Positions 49,450 to 61,990 of a DNA stretch of 64,000 bases are shown here, piece after piece (within the stretch, counting starts at the first letter, position 1; each line of letters begins with the position of its first letter). The notes under the pieces were generated by a model that saw nothing but the letters and a program-made list of their open reading frames with translations, searched no databases and was not told where the DNA came from. The stretch spans positions 58,406,001 to 58,470,000 of the forward strand of contig CM059432.1 in assembly GCA_030390025.1 (NCBI GenBank), read 5' to 3'. The position numbers were made by a program, and so were the translations under genes. The stretch comes from Squalus acanthias (Eukaryota).

Positions 49450-50595
49450 TCGGCATCAGGTCCAGGCAATTTGTTGGTTTTTAGTCTCATTAGTTTCTCA
49501 AGTACTTCTTCTCAACTGATATTAATTAATTCAAGTTCCTCACTCTTGTTAGTCCCTTGGTTCCCCACTATTTTTGCTATGCTTTTTGTGTCTTCTATTG
49601 TGAAGACAGATACAAAATATTTGTTTAAAGTCTCTGCCAGTTCCTTATTCCCCATTATATTTCACCTGTCTCAGCCTCTAAGGGACCAATGCTTACTTTT
49701 GCTATTCTCTTCCTTTTTGCCTACTTGTAGAAGTTCTTACAATCTGTTTTTATATTTCTTGCTAGTTAACTCTCATTCTATTTTTTCCCTTTTTAGCAAT
49801 TTTTTGGCCATCCTTTGCTGGTTTCTAAAGCTCTCCCAATCCTCAGGCTTACTACTATTCTTTGCAACATTATAAGCCTCTTCTTTTAATCTAATATTAC
49901 CCTTAACTTTTTTAGTTAGCCACGGATGGATCACTTTTTCCATAAAGTTTTTATTTCTCAATGGAATGTATATTCATTGAGAATTTTGGAATATTTCTTT
50001 AAATGTCTGCCACTGCTTATCTACTTTAATTTAATTTCCCAATCTACCTTAGCCAACTTGCCCCTCATACCTATGCAATTGGCTTTATTTAAGTTTAACA
50101 CTCTTGTTTTCACTCTCAGACTCAATGTGAAATTCTATCATATTATGATTACTCTTCCCCAGAGGATCCTTTACTAATTACTGTCTCAATTCACAACACA
50201 AGATCTAAAATAGCCTGTTCCCTGATTGGTTCTATGATGTATTGGTCTAGGAAACTGTCTCAAATGCATTCCATGAACTCGTCCTCCAGACTACCTTTGC
50301 CAAGTTGGCTTGCCCAGTCTATATGAAGATTAAAGTCCCCCATGTTGATTGTATTACCTTTGTTACAAACTCCTATTATTTGTTGATTAATATTCTGTCC
50401 AACGGTACAGCTACTGTTTGAGGGCCTATAAACTACTCCCACCAGTGATTTCTGCCCCTTATTATTTCTTATCTCCACCCATACTGATTATACTTCCTGA
50501 TCTTCTGAGCCAAGATCCTTTTTCACTAATGTCCTTATGCCATCCTTTATTATCAGGGCTAACCCCCTCCTTTTCCATTCTGCCTGTCTTTTCGA
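49450..50595 (-). mobile_element. Decayed CR1 fragment (endonuclease/linker region)
   Basis: VGVVYRP, MGDFNLHIDW and PWLTKKVK motifs. Confidence 0.85.
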
Positions 50596-51290
50596 CAGTT
50601 GTTGGACGTGCGAGCTGATAACGGTGCAGCGAGGGCAGTAGGGCATCTGGGACCTTGGTGCACAACAGGACAAACAGTCTATCTCCTTAACCAATGAGAT
50701 TTAAGAATTGAAAAATAAACAGAGGAAGGACTGAGCAGGAGGGTGAATTAGAGTAGGTGAATTCAATGTCAAATCAGGTGCAGAAAGAGAAATAATGGCC
50801 CGAATTTTCCCAGTCCTGAGCGTGCGGGTTTGGGGGCGGGTCAGCAGTAAAAATTGCCAAAAACCCCAGCGCGTCGGGAACCTGCCATCATCCCACCGAC
50901 TTCCGCATTTTACTCGGGCGCGTTTCTCAGCATGCCGTGGACCCGCTCAGCAGAGGCTGGTGACTTCATTCAAGTACTTAAATGCTTGTTGAGATACCCT
51001 TAAGAGGATTTTTAACAGGAGCTTTTGGCTTTAACTGCTGGAGCACGGGATTCACGCACCTCGGGAACCTTGCCTGTTAAGGGAAGCGGAAGCGCAGTGG
51101 CCAATGTTAATTGACAGCTGGGAAGAACACATAAATGCTCTCACATTACACCTGGTTACTTGGCTAATGGAAAGGCTCTTGTTTACTCGATTCTGTGCTG
51201 AGATTTAGCTGTCAGGAGTTTGCAGGTAATTTTTGCAACCTCGGAAGCCACTCTCACCACATTGCCAGTCACTATCAGAACATTAATACA

Positions 51291-51800
51291 ATAGCAAAAT
51301 ACTGCAGATGCTGGAAATCTGAAATAACAACAGAAAATGCTGGAAACACTCAGCAGGCCAGGCAGCATCCGTGGAGAGAGAAACGGAGTTAACGTTTCAG
51401 GTCTGTGACCCTTCGTCAGAACTGGAAAAAGTTAGGGATGTAACAGGTTTTAAGCAGGTTCAGAGGCAGGGAAAGGGGGGGGGGGAGGGGAGGAAAGAAC
51501 TAAAGGGATGGTCTGTGCTAGGTTGGAAGGCAGGAGAGATTAAATGTTGCAAATGGGGATGGCAGAATCATCAACAGTTGCCGCCCGAAAAAATGGGGGC
51601 TGGGGTTATAGTCTGAAATTGTTGAACTCAATGTTGAGTCCAGAAGGCTGTAAAGTGCCTAATCAAAAGATGAAGTGCTGTTCCTCGAGCTTACGTTAAG
51701 CTTCATTGGAACAGTGTAAGAGGCCAAGAACAGAGAGGTCAGAGTGGGAGTGGAGCGGAGAATTAAAGTGACAAGCGACCGGAGGCTCGGTGTCACCCTT
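51291..51800 (-). mobile_element. 5'-truncated Penelope copy (end of GIY-YIG ORF + pLTR)
   Basis: Homologous to 5109-5705. Confidence 0.9.
51387..51423 (-). ncRNA. Minimal hammerhead ribozyme (CUGACGA variant)
   Basis: AGUU-CUGACGA-A-GGGUC-aca-GACCU-GAAAC-GUU-AACU. Confidence 0.8.
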
Positions 51801-52705
51801 ACTATCAGAACATTGATTGATTGGGCCTCTGATCTCCACTTTACCTGCCATCTGAGGAGTGATGTGCAGGAGTAGGCTTGGGAAGGCAGAGTGATGGAGT
51901 TGGGGTGACAGGCACATCAAAATGTAGGTGAGTGTGGCATTGCACTCACCTTTCCTGACCTCATGAGATCATTGAATCTCTTGCGGCACTGGATCCACAT
52001 ACGCATCACCACATCCCTGCTGCTGACCTCCTCTGTGATCTCTAGCCATGCCCTCTTAGTGTCTTTTGCTGCTCTTTTTCTGCCATCCACAGGAAAGAGG
52101 ACCTCCCTGCGTGCTCTTACTCCCTGGACCAGCCCTTCCAGGGATGCATCTGGGAATCTTGAGGCTGCCCTGTCTTTGTGTCTCCATGAAACACAGAATT
52201 GTCAAAGTTATGCAGCAATTTGTATCTCTGGAAATCACCTTGAACACTCCTACATCAACCTTCAAATGAGATGTGTGCAAGGCTGCTTTAAATATCCACG
52301 CTGGAAACGAGTCATCGATGATGTCATCAGACCCGCTCCATTTAATTGAGCTGGGAAATGGCATGACTGGTTTAATTAGGGCCATTAAGTAAAATTCACA
52401 GTGCAGAACGCGCTGTTCACATCTTCGGGTTCCTGCCCCACTATACGGCCCGCACGCACGCATCCCGACTCCAAGGTAAAGATTCTGGCCAAAGAGTGGG
52501 AAAGAAAGATTGGATTAAGAGAAAGAGAAAAAAGAGACAGAAAAGAAATTAAGAATTTTTTTTTTAATTTGACATTTTTTAAATCTCCCAACAACAATTC
52601 ACAACCTGAAGGAATGAGACTCCACACTTATAATTGTTTACTTTCTGAGCAAGAGAGGTTGTTCAGCAGGCATTAACAACTATCGTGTTGTTAAAGGGTG
52701 CTTTA

Positions 52706-53290
52706 GAGTCAAGTCATAGAGTTTATACAGCACAGGAAGAGGCCCTTAGGCCCATCGTGTCCGCGCTGGCCATCAAGCCCTGTCTATTCTAATCCCATTT
52801 TCCAGCACTTGGTCCGTAGTCTTGTATACTATGGCATTTCAAGTGCTCATCTAAATGCTTCTTGAATGTTGTGAGGGTTCCTGCCTCTGCCACCCTTTCA
52901 GGCAGTGAGTTCCAGATTCCAACCACCCTCTGGGTGAAAAAGATTTTCCTCAAATCCCCTCTAAACCTCCTGCCCCTTACCTTGAAACTATGCCCCCTGG
53001 TTATTGACCCCTCTACTAAGGGGAAAAGTTCCTTTCTATCTACCCTATCTATGCCCCTCATAATTTTGTACACCTCAATCAGGTCCCCCCTCAGCCTTCT
53101 CTGCTCTAAGGAAAACAACCCCAGCCTGTCCAGTCTCTCTTCATAGCTGAAGCACTGCAGCCCAGGTAACATCCTGGTGAAACTCCTCTGCACTCTCTCC
53201 AATGCAATCACATCCTTCCTATAGTGTGGCGCCCAGAACTGCACACAGTATTCCAGCTGTGGCCTAACTAGCGTTTTGTACAGCTCCATC
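52706..53290 (-). mobile_element. CR1 3' fragment inserted in a MITE
   Basis: ORF 52789-53292 LYKTLVRPQLEYC...FFTQRVV. Confidence 0.9.
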
Positions 53291-55094
53291 ATAATTACTA
53301 GACTTAACTTTCTGTGGCAAGTTTAATGGGCAATTAATGTGCAAACGCAGCAACTTCATGAAAATCACAGGTTGGTTAATCGCGAGATGCCATTTTTGCA
53401 TCGTTGGCTTTGTTAGCAGGAACACAGCAGGCTGAGATGTGGCTGTCACTTCCAACAACTATGGAATGACTGTTCTTCAGTGAAGTAGTGTCCAGTTTAC
53501 AGCTGAAAGAAAACAGTGATCGATAGAAAATAATGTCAAACAGGATCAGTTCCCATCTGTGGGTGCATGTGTGTCTTACTCTTTCTTACTTTTTTACAGG
53601 GGCAGTCATTTATTCAAACTTCCACATTTCTCTCCATTTTCAAATGTCCATGTCTCATTCTCTTCTACACCACCTTAACTTTTATTTTAAAAAAGCCCTA
53701 TCTTGCCTTCCATAATATTGGAGCATATTAAAGTAATATCATTAAAGAACATATTATGATTAAAGATTTTTCTTTTCATCAGCGAAGCAGCCCAGTTAAC
53801 AGCCCGAAGGTGATTGAATGCTACACACTGTGTCCTTTCAGTAACCTGCTAAGATTCTGGTAACACTAGACCTCCTTGGGTTGTACATTGCAAGGACCTT
53901 CCATGTATTTCGATTTTGTTCAGGACTGTGGTAACTGACTGATGCTACTTGCTTTCTGCTACCTTGTCCCATTTCTTCTACAAGGAACTTCTGAGGAGAT
54001 GCAACAGTCCCATAAAGTGCATGTCTCTCCTCCCCGACTCAGAGAATTGGGCAATGTAATGTGATGGAAGGCAAGGTTAGTGATCGGACGTTGGGAGCAG
54101 TAGGGCTTCCAGTATGTGACCAATAATCCTGCCTTCCTGCACTCTGTAATGCTCAATTCATCAACAAATGTTCTCAGTAAACATGTAGCTCAACTGTTTA
54201 AATACTTGTTAATTGCAGTGTGTGGCTGATTAAGACAATTAGTGCTTCTCCCTTTTAATTACGTGGCCTGCTATGTGGAAGATATAGGGGTGAATTCATA
54301 ATCTAATGCTCCCAGCACAGAGCTTTGCTCAACGGGAGCTCATATCGGGAATTTGGTGCAGAGGTAAGCTCACCTGATTCACTGCCACATGATTTACCAG
54401 GAACATCAAATCGTAAAATTTACCTGTGGACTTCAATTTCACCCACAGACCAAATGCAGAAAAATCATTAGGTTGACAATGTAATCCCAGTGTAGAAGCA
54501 CATTGTTTGCTTGCTATACCTGCAGGTCTCACAGCTGAGCTCACTCCATAATGTGAGGTCAGCTAACTTAAGCATGGAGTACAAGACATGCTCCACCAAG
54601 GGTCACAGGGCAGGCTAGCGAGAGCCAGGAACTGTTAAAGGGTTGCTCTTGCCCTTAAAACATTTTCTTATATTTTTGGACCCCACTACAGCCTCCACAA
54701 CAAATACTTAATCCTTGGACTGAGTGTTGGAGGTTGTGGAGCTGGTCATCCTGCAATGAGGGATGGCTAAATGTGGAGGATAGGACCATACAGCAAGGTA
54801 GAAAATCAGTTTTGCTGCACTGCTTGCTTGAGGCGCTCAATTCAAACAGGTGTTAAGCATCTAGAGTGCTGATCAGGTGCATTATGAGGCATTCCTTTGT
54901 TTGCATTGAAATTGGGGCATTAATGAGCCTTTCATGCAATATATAAGTGGCGACAGTGCTTGAGACCTGCGCTATGGGCACTGTGCACATCAGGCAATAA
55001 GTAGAGCTCAGGCCTCAACAACTGATAATATGAGGCATTCATGGCCGATGAACTGCAGCAACTGTGGGTGCCTTGGAACATATTATTGGCCTCA

Positions 55095-55738
55095 AATCAC
55101 AAACAGCTAGTGCACACATACAAAAAGTAACCAAAAAGGTTAATGGAATATTGGCCTTTATCTCGAAGGGGCTTGGAATTCAAAGGGGTGGACGTTATGC
55201 TACAGTTGTACAGTGCCTTGGTCAGACCCCATCTGGAGTACAATGTTCAGTTTTGGCACCACATCTCAGGAAGGATATATTGGCCTTAGAGGAAGTACAG
55301 TGCAGATTCACCAGGATGATACCAGGACTCAAATAGTTAAATTATGAGGACAGGTAGCATAAAGTATTCCCTTGAGTTTAGAAGGTTGAGAGGTGATCGA
55401 ATTGAGGTGTTTAAAATGATGAAAGGATTTGATAGAGTCGGTATAGAAAACGATTTCCCCTAGTGGAGCAATCCAAACAAGAGGGCATCATTTTAAAATT
55501 AGAGCTAGGCCAATCAGGACTGAAATCAGGAAGCAGTTTTTCACACAAGGGTAGTGGAAATCTGGAATTCTCTCCCCCAAAAGGCTGTGGATGCTCTGGG
55601 TCAATTGAAATTTTCAAGAGTGAGATCAACAGATTATTATTAGGTAAGGGTATGCATCAAAGGTGTGTAAATGGAGTTGAGGTACAGATGAGCCATGATC
55701 TAATGGAATGGTGGAACAGGCTCTAAGAGCTGACTATG
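55095..55738 (+). mobile_element. Decayed CR1 3' fragment
   Basis: KVNGILAFI and PHLRKDILALE motifs. Confidence 0.85.
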
Positions 55739-56301
55739 TCTGTTCACGTTGTCTTTCTGCAAGTTGTTTATTTTATTTACTGAAGATGTTGGGGTAAAAA
55801 TTCACTTGGTTGCGCCTCCCGTTAGCGCCTTAAGAGGGCGCTAATGGGGCATTAAGCCGCTAACGCCCGGGCGCAGCGATGTTTGAGCCGCTCGAGAACT
55901 TAACTTGAGATTGTGCGGCGGCGCTAAAACTTACCGCTGCGACCACCTGCGCGCGCAGATTGTGACGTCATTCCATGGTGCAACGCCCTTGGGGCGCCCC
56001 GGAGCGGAAATTGAGTGGCGCCCCCTGCCTTACCGCCTGGCGCTTCCAACGACCGGAAGACTGGAACGCTATCAATCGGTGTGGGGCTGGGGGGGGCGCT
56101 ATTTAAAGGGGGCCTCTTCCTGTCTTTTTCTGTGGTCGACATTTATGCACCACTCGTTCTGAGAGAGAGAGAGAGATTCGGAGAGAGAGAGAGAGAGACT
56201 TCTACATTGACTCAACGCTTTGTGAGGTAGTTTTGCCTATTCATCCTAACTTTGTTGCTACTTTAGTTGCTGTACCTCATGACTTTTCTGGCAAAGAGAA
56301 T

Positions 56302-57462
56302 ATGGGGGCTGCAATGATTGGGGGCGTCGTCCTGCTCCAGCTGAATCGGAGGATACCGAGACGCAGACAGAGAGTGGCAATGATGGCCAGACGGAGGAGG
56401 GCCATCAGGCGCTTGTACAGGAGAGCTTACCCTCCCAGGGTATATCGTGAACAGCTCTCCTACATCCATATGTCCGAGGAGCTGTGTTTGCGAAGGCTGC
56501 GATTCAGCAAGGAGGTGGTCACTGAGCTCTGCCACCTGCTGCAGCCAGATCTGCAGCCTCAGCTGAGGTCCAGGACGTCTCTGTCGGTAGCAGTGAAGGT
56601 CACAGTGGCTTTGAACTTCTACGCCACTGGCTCATTCCAAGCTGCTGTTGGGGACCTCGCCAATATCTCCCAGTTTGCGGTGCATCGCTGCATCCGGCAG
56701 GTCACCAATGCCCTCTTCAGAAGGAGACGAGACTTCATCTCTTTCCCTATGACCCCAGACAAGCAGTGTGACCGTGCTCTGGGCTTTGCGAGGGTAGCGG
56801 GCTTCCCCATGGTGCAGGGCGCCATTGACTGCACGCATGTGGCTTTGCGTGCTCCGCGAGAGAATGCAGAGGAATTCAGGAACAGAAAGGGGTTCCATTC
56901 CTTGAATGTGCAGTTGGTCTGTGACCACAGACAGGTGATACTCGCTGTCAATGCCCACTATCCGGGCAGCTGCCACGATGCTTTCATCCTGCACCAGACT
57001 ACTGTGGCAGAAGTTTTCGAGGCACCGCATCAGCCAGTTGGTTGGCTTCTGGGGGACAAGGGGTACGCATTGAGCACCTGGCTGATGACACCGCTCCGTA
57101 CGCCAAACACCCCTGCTGAGCTGCGGTACAATGAAAGCCATCAAGCAACCAGGAACATTATTGAGCGCACAATCGGCGTGCTGAAACAACGGTTCCGCTG
57201 TCTGGACCATTCCGGAGGAGCCCTGCAGTACTCGCCTGAGCAAGTTTCGAACTTCGTAGTCGTGTGCTGCATGTTGCACAACATGGCAATCCTCAGGACC
57301 CAGCCAATGCCACCAGGCCTTGTAGCACCACCAGAGGAGGAGGAGGAAGAGGAGGAAGAGGACGAGGACGATGATCATCAGCAGCACCAAGGCAGGAGGG
57401 CGGCCCACAATGGTCAAACTGCAAGGGCCGTCCGTCAACGACTAATAGCAAGCCGCTTCTAG
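56302..57462 (+). CDS. Harbinger DDE transposase, 386 aa
   Basis: ATG at 56302. Catalytic motifs GAIDCTH, LLGDKGY and NIIERTIG are all intact. Confidence 0.95.
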   Translation: MGAAMIGGVVLLQLNRRIPRRRQRVAMMARRRRAIRRLYRRAYPPRVYREQLSYIHMSEELCLRRLRFSKEVVTELCHLLQPDLQPQLRSRTSLSVAVKVTVALNFYATGSFQAAVGDLANISQFAVHRCIRQVTNALFRRRRDFISFPMTPDKQCDRALGFARVAGFPMVQGAIDCTHVALRAPRENAEEFRNRKGFHSLNVQLVCDHRQVILAVNAHYPGSCHDAFILHQTTVAEVFEAPHQPVGWLLGDKGYALSTWLMTPLRTPNTPAELRYNESHQATRNIIERTIGVLKQRFRCLDHSGGALQYSPEQVSNFVVVCCMLHNMAILRTQPMPPGLVAPPEEEEEEEEEDEDDDHQQHQGRRAAHNGQTARAVRQRLIASRF

Positions 57463-57756
57463 GGCCCCTGCCATTGCTACAAACACTAATCAACCCAGCA
57501 CGCAACCCCTAAGCCGGCCAAGGCACCAATAATTCCAACCACCAGCCATGTATATTTTGAATACAGAAACTTATTTATTTTACAAACTCTGTGTGTGTCA
57601 ATTCCTCATGACAAACTCATAGAAATAAACACAAAAAAACAGTCAATAACATAACTGGTTCTCACAACCTGGAGATAATGTCCAAAACACTAAACAAAAG
57701 TTGGACCATGAACCTCGGCCTTTAATAAAAAAATGACCAGCATTTTGTCACACCTC

Positions 57757-59525
57757 CTACGTTTTGCCCTTCGAGGGTGATCTCCTTCCCTTGCGCACTT
57801 CCCCCCTTCTAACCCTACTGCTCCTCCGTAATGGGACCTCAGTGGCTGCAGCAAGGCTGGTGGAAGGCTGCTGCTCGTCAGACCCTGACACTGCAGATGC
57901 CCGTGAAGGACGGCTTCGACCACTTCTGGGCCTGGAGGGCCCGGCTGCAGACTGCACCAACTCTGCATGGGCGGCAGCAGTCTGTCCTACAGGCGGTGGC
58001 AAGTGCAGTGGAGAAGTGACAGTGTTGGCAGCAGGAATGCTGTCATCGTGAGAGAGGCCAGCAACTCCCTGCTCGCCCAACACACTGGCACTCCCACGGG
58101 GCAGCACTTCAGCATCCGGAGCAATCTGCCGGAGAACAGATTGCTGGCCTGCTGTGGCGCGGTGACAGCCCCGGGGACATGTGCACGAACCATCGAGGTT
58201 GGCAGCAGTCTGTGCTCGCGTGGCCTCCATCTGAGTCTGTATGAGAGCAGTCAGAGGTGGGATCACGGCAGCCAGTGACTGAATTGCAGCACTAAGCGTT
58301 AGTGTGGCATCCGCCTGTGCTACAGCGAAGTGCTCCACACTCCTTGCCAGTGACTCAATGCATTCGGGCACCCTTCCCACTGCACCCATGAGCTCAGTGT
58401 GCATGCCCACCGCCTGGGTATTCATTTCTGCAATCAGCCGCTCCTCCTCTGCGTCCATTGCAGTAGGAGTGTCTGGCATACTCTCCCTCTGGGGAGAAGG
58501 CCCCCGTTCTTCCCTACCCCCCCCATGGTGTTGCTGCAGCCCGCTGGGTCCTGGAGCTTCACCATCATCAGCCCCTTCCCCCCTGCTCCCCTCCGGGGAA
58601 GGCGTGTTCCCAGTGTGGGCATGGGCTTCCTCGGGAGAGGATGGCACTGATGCTCTGGCTTCCTCTTCCTCCTCAGCTGCAGCATCACTCCCAGTGGCAG
58701 CTTCAGGGCCCGTCTCCTCAGCTGGTGAATCACCATCTGAAAGCAGGGAGGTACAAGAGTGGCTTTAGCGTGAGGACAGGGTGGCAGTAAGGGAGGAATA
58801 AGTGCAGCGAGTTAGCAAGTTGGATTGAAAGTGTCAAAGGCTGGTGTTGTGAGGGACAAGTGGAAGGACAGAGGACAAAAAGGTGATGACCTTACCATTG
58901 CTGTCCACAACGGGGTCGGCGTCTCCAGTGGCGACGGGACCGATCACCCGGCTTGCCACAATCCTGTGGACGCGCTCCTCCAGATCGCTGAGGGGTTGCA
59001 GCTGAAGCCGCCCTCCACCTGTCCGTTGCTGCTGTCTCCTATTATGAGCCAGCTTAGCCTGCAAGAAAAAGGACAGCATCTGAGTAAATATACAGCCATG
59101 GTCTTGCCTGATGTGCCTCCCATAGGTGAATAGCCCTTACTGTATGCAAAGTGTGGAATGTGTGTGTGTGTTTGATGAAAGGGCCATAGGTGTTGGATGA
59201 GTGTTGTGCATTGGGGTTTTAAGACCCTCTGGCCATAGAGTGAGGTTGAGATGGAGGGATGGAGAGGTATTGAGAAAAAGCCACTCACCCTGACGACCCG
59301 AGTGAGGTCGTTGAACTTTTTGCGGCATTGAGTATGGGTCCTGGGCACCATGCTCCTGGAGGAGACGCTCTGAGCCACCTCCCTCCACACTCTTCTGAAC
59401 TCGCGTGGCAAAGGCCACCTGCCACTCTCAGGGAACAGCATACATCGTCTGCGCTCCACTGCATCAACCAGAGCATCCAAGGCCCGCTCGGTGAAGCGAT
59501 GAGCGCGTTCTCTCACCCTCTCCAT
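57757..59525 (-). CDS. Harbinger Myb/SANT-like protein, 3 exons (59525-59289, 59058-58896, 58736-57757), 459 aa
   Basis: Canonical GT-AG introns, phases 0 and 1; the exons join into a 1380 nt open frame. Confidence 0.9.
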
Positions 59526-60364
59526 GCTTGGCAGCAAAATGGATTCACAGGTCTCTCCAGGCCGAGATTCAAGGCTGCAATGAGCAGGGTGTGGCTGGGG
59601 AGCAAGTGGCCCCCCCCGCTTTAAGAAGTGTCCGGCGCTAGTGTGTCTGTGTTCCCTCGCTAACTGGCAGCAGCTGCGCTGCGCTCGCGCGCTGAGTTAG
59701 CGCCTCACTCCTTGGCCTTTGCGCCTTAAGACAGGTGTGCAGCGCCTGCTTTAGCGCTCCACTCACCTCCCGGGGCGGTAAAAGTGAAGTTTCCTGTCAG
59801 TGCCGATAATTAGCGCCAGGCGCTAATATTTGCGTCCGGACGATATTTGCGCCCCAAATGGGGCGCGACCTAATTTCTACCCCGTTGTTCTGTAGCAGCA
59901 AGACCCTGGAACACAGTGTACATAGATATGTAGGTCTCTTCCTGGAATGTTATATTCTCACATTGTGCTGGAGCTCACTACATTTATTTGGAATAATCAC
60001 TTTTTTGTCTTGCTACACCTAAGTTAATATAGTTATATTTATATCTCATTAATCTTATTCTGGCTTTTTGGTAACAAGTCATCTGACTTCTTTGAAGTGA
60101 TATCAAAGATTTGTGGTTGGTTTTGACATAGAAAGGCCTGTCTAAAAGTTAAGCTGAAAATCACTTCCATGCACCAATTGGCACTAAAGCTTATTTTTCT
60201 ATTGTACTTAGCTCTCTTCTGTTCATGTTAGCCAAAGTATGGATAAGAAGTCTTTTGGTCGCAGCTTATGGCAGCATCATCAATGGGTTTGTGAAGGTTC
60301 CCTCTACTAAGTATTTCCAGCAAAATAGTAAAGATGGAATAATGTTTACAGCTTCACTGGAAAC

Positions 60365-61110
60365 TTCTTCTTCTTCTTAGGCAGTCCCTCGGAACCGAGG
60401 ATGACCTGCTTCCACATTAAAAATGAGTTCTCAGGTGACTGATGAGTCCAATGCGGGACCTACAGTCTCTGTCACAGGTGGGGCAGACGGTGGTTGAAGG
60501 GGCGGGTGGGTGGGGTGCTTGGGTTGACGTGCACTCCTTGCGCTGCCTGCGCTTGGCTTCCGCTTGCTCCCGGCGAAGAGACTCGAGGTGTTCGGCGCCT
60601 TCCCGGATGCTTCTCCTCCACTTTTGTGTGGTCTTGGGCCAGGGATTCCCAGGTGTCGGTGGGGATACTACACTTTTTCAAGGAGGCTTTGAGGGTGTCC
60701 TTGAAGCATTTCCTCTGCCCACCTGGGGCTCTCTTGCCGTGCCGGAGCTCCGAGTAGAGCGCTTGTTTTGGGAGTCTCGTATCGGGCATGCGGACAAATT
60801 GACCCGTCCATCGGAGCTGATCGAGCGTTGTCAAAGCTTCGATGCTGGGGATGTTGGCCTGAGCGAGAACACTGACGTTGGTGCGCCTATCCTGCCAATG
60901 GATTTGCAGGATCTTGCGGAGGCAGCGTTGGTGGTACCTCTCCAGTGCTTTGAGGTGCCTGCTGTACATGGTCCATGTCTCTGAGGCATACAGCAGGGCG
61001 GGTATCACTGCTGCTCTGTAGACCATGAGCTTAGTGCCGGGTTTGAGGTCCTGGTCTTCAAACACTCTCTTCCTCAGGCGACCGAAGGCTGCACTGGCAC
61101 ACTGAAGGCA
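60365..61110 (-). mobile_element. 5'-truncated RTE-clade LINE with (GAA)n tail and 21 bp TSD
   Basis: TSD GTTTACAGCTTCACTGGAAAC at 60344-60364 and 61111-61131. Motifs LLYASETWT, QLRWTGQFVRM, RLPKQALYSEL. Confidence 0.93.
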
Positions 61111-61149
61111 GTTTACAGCTTCACTGGAAACACTCAACAGAGGAACTCT

Positions 61150-61990
61150 TCACAAATACATTTATGATATTGCTACAAGTTGTGCTCAGAGGAATTCTTG
61201 CTCTATGAAGTAAATGCAACTTATTTTCTACTAGTTTGTTACTTCCTAAGTCCTGCACCCAGTCCTTAAGAAGATGCACCTACAATGATGTCACCTTTGC
61301 ATTATAATTTACTGACAGCACAGGAAACTCTTGATGAGTTTACATGCCCTCTCTTGAGATTTGCCCGCCCCATCCCCCACACCCCCAAAAATACCTCTGT
61401 AATTGTTTTTGACAAATCTGTAAGATTTGAAAAGAATATTCCAATTTGGTTAGTTGTGCCTTGGAATTGTCTAACTTCACTGGCATTCAAAGGTGATTCC
61501 GTTGTTGGAATAGTTTGCATTACTTCTAGGTCCACCTTGATAACTTCCTACTCCCAGATTCCTCTGGCATTACTATTAGTGCTAAGAGATTTTTGTTATG
61601 TTCAGCCTTTGCTTGCCATCAGATAATACTATTGAGACTTTTTCTCTGAAAATGTTCAGGTGCAGATGAAATTCTAAATGGGAGCATTTTGAAGTAATCA
61701 CATACAAATTGTACAGTAAACATAATTAATAAGGCTGAACCTGTTGCTAGCAGCACTTGCCAGAAAACAGAATTTACATCTAATTTTGAGAAGATATTTG
61801 CACTTGAAAGCTGCTCTAATGTTTGATTATTTATGTGTTGTGGGTGAGTTTTTTCCATAAGCGCCCTCACTCAGTTGGTGAGGTCAAGACAATTGTGAAC
61901 CATTTTATTTAGGTACCACCACCATTTCTGTGCACCACTTTTTCAGTCCCTCTATTCTTTCCAATACTCCCACATGCTCCAAACAGGCCA
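61150..61990 (-). pseudogene. Old Ty3/Gypsy-type pol (RT) remnant
   Basis: FSKLDVNSVFWQV, LPFRISSAPEHFQR and EVRQFQG motifs. Confidence 0.75.

Larger units (their letters stand above)
50797..52490. mobile_element. Deletion derivative of second-family Harbinger (Myb exon 1 remnant on -), nested in a MITE
   Basis: TIRs GGCCCGAATTTT / AAGATTCTGGCC. 51935-52390 resembles 29360-29775. Confidence 0.75.
55791..59883 (+). mobile_element. Complete, apparently intact PIF/Harbinger transposon (4093 bp)
   Basis: TIRs GGGGTAAAAATT / AATTTCTACCCC, TSD GTT, two uninterrupted genes. Confidence 0.97.

Noticed and set aside
53959..54156. Possible minus-strand host exon
   Set aside because: No recognisable protein similarity and weak splice sites.
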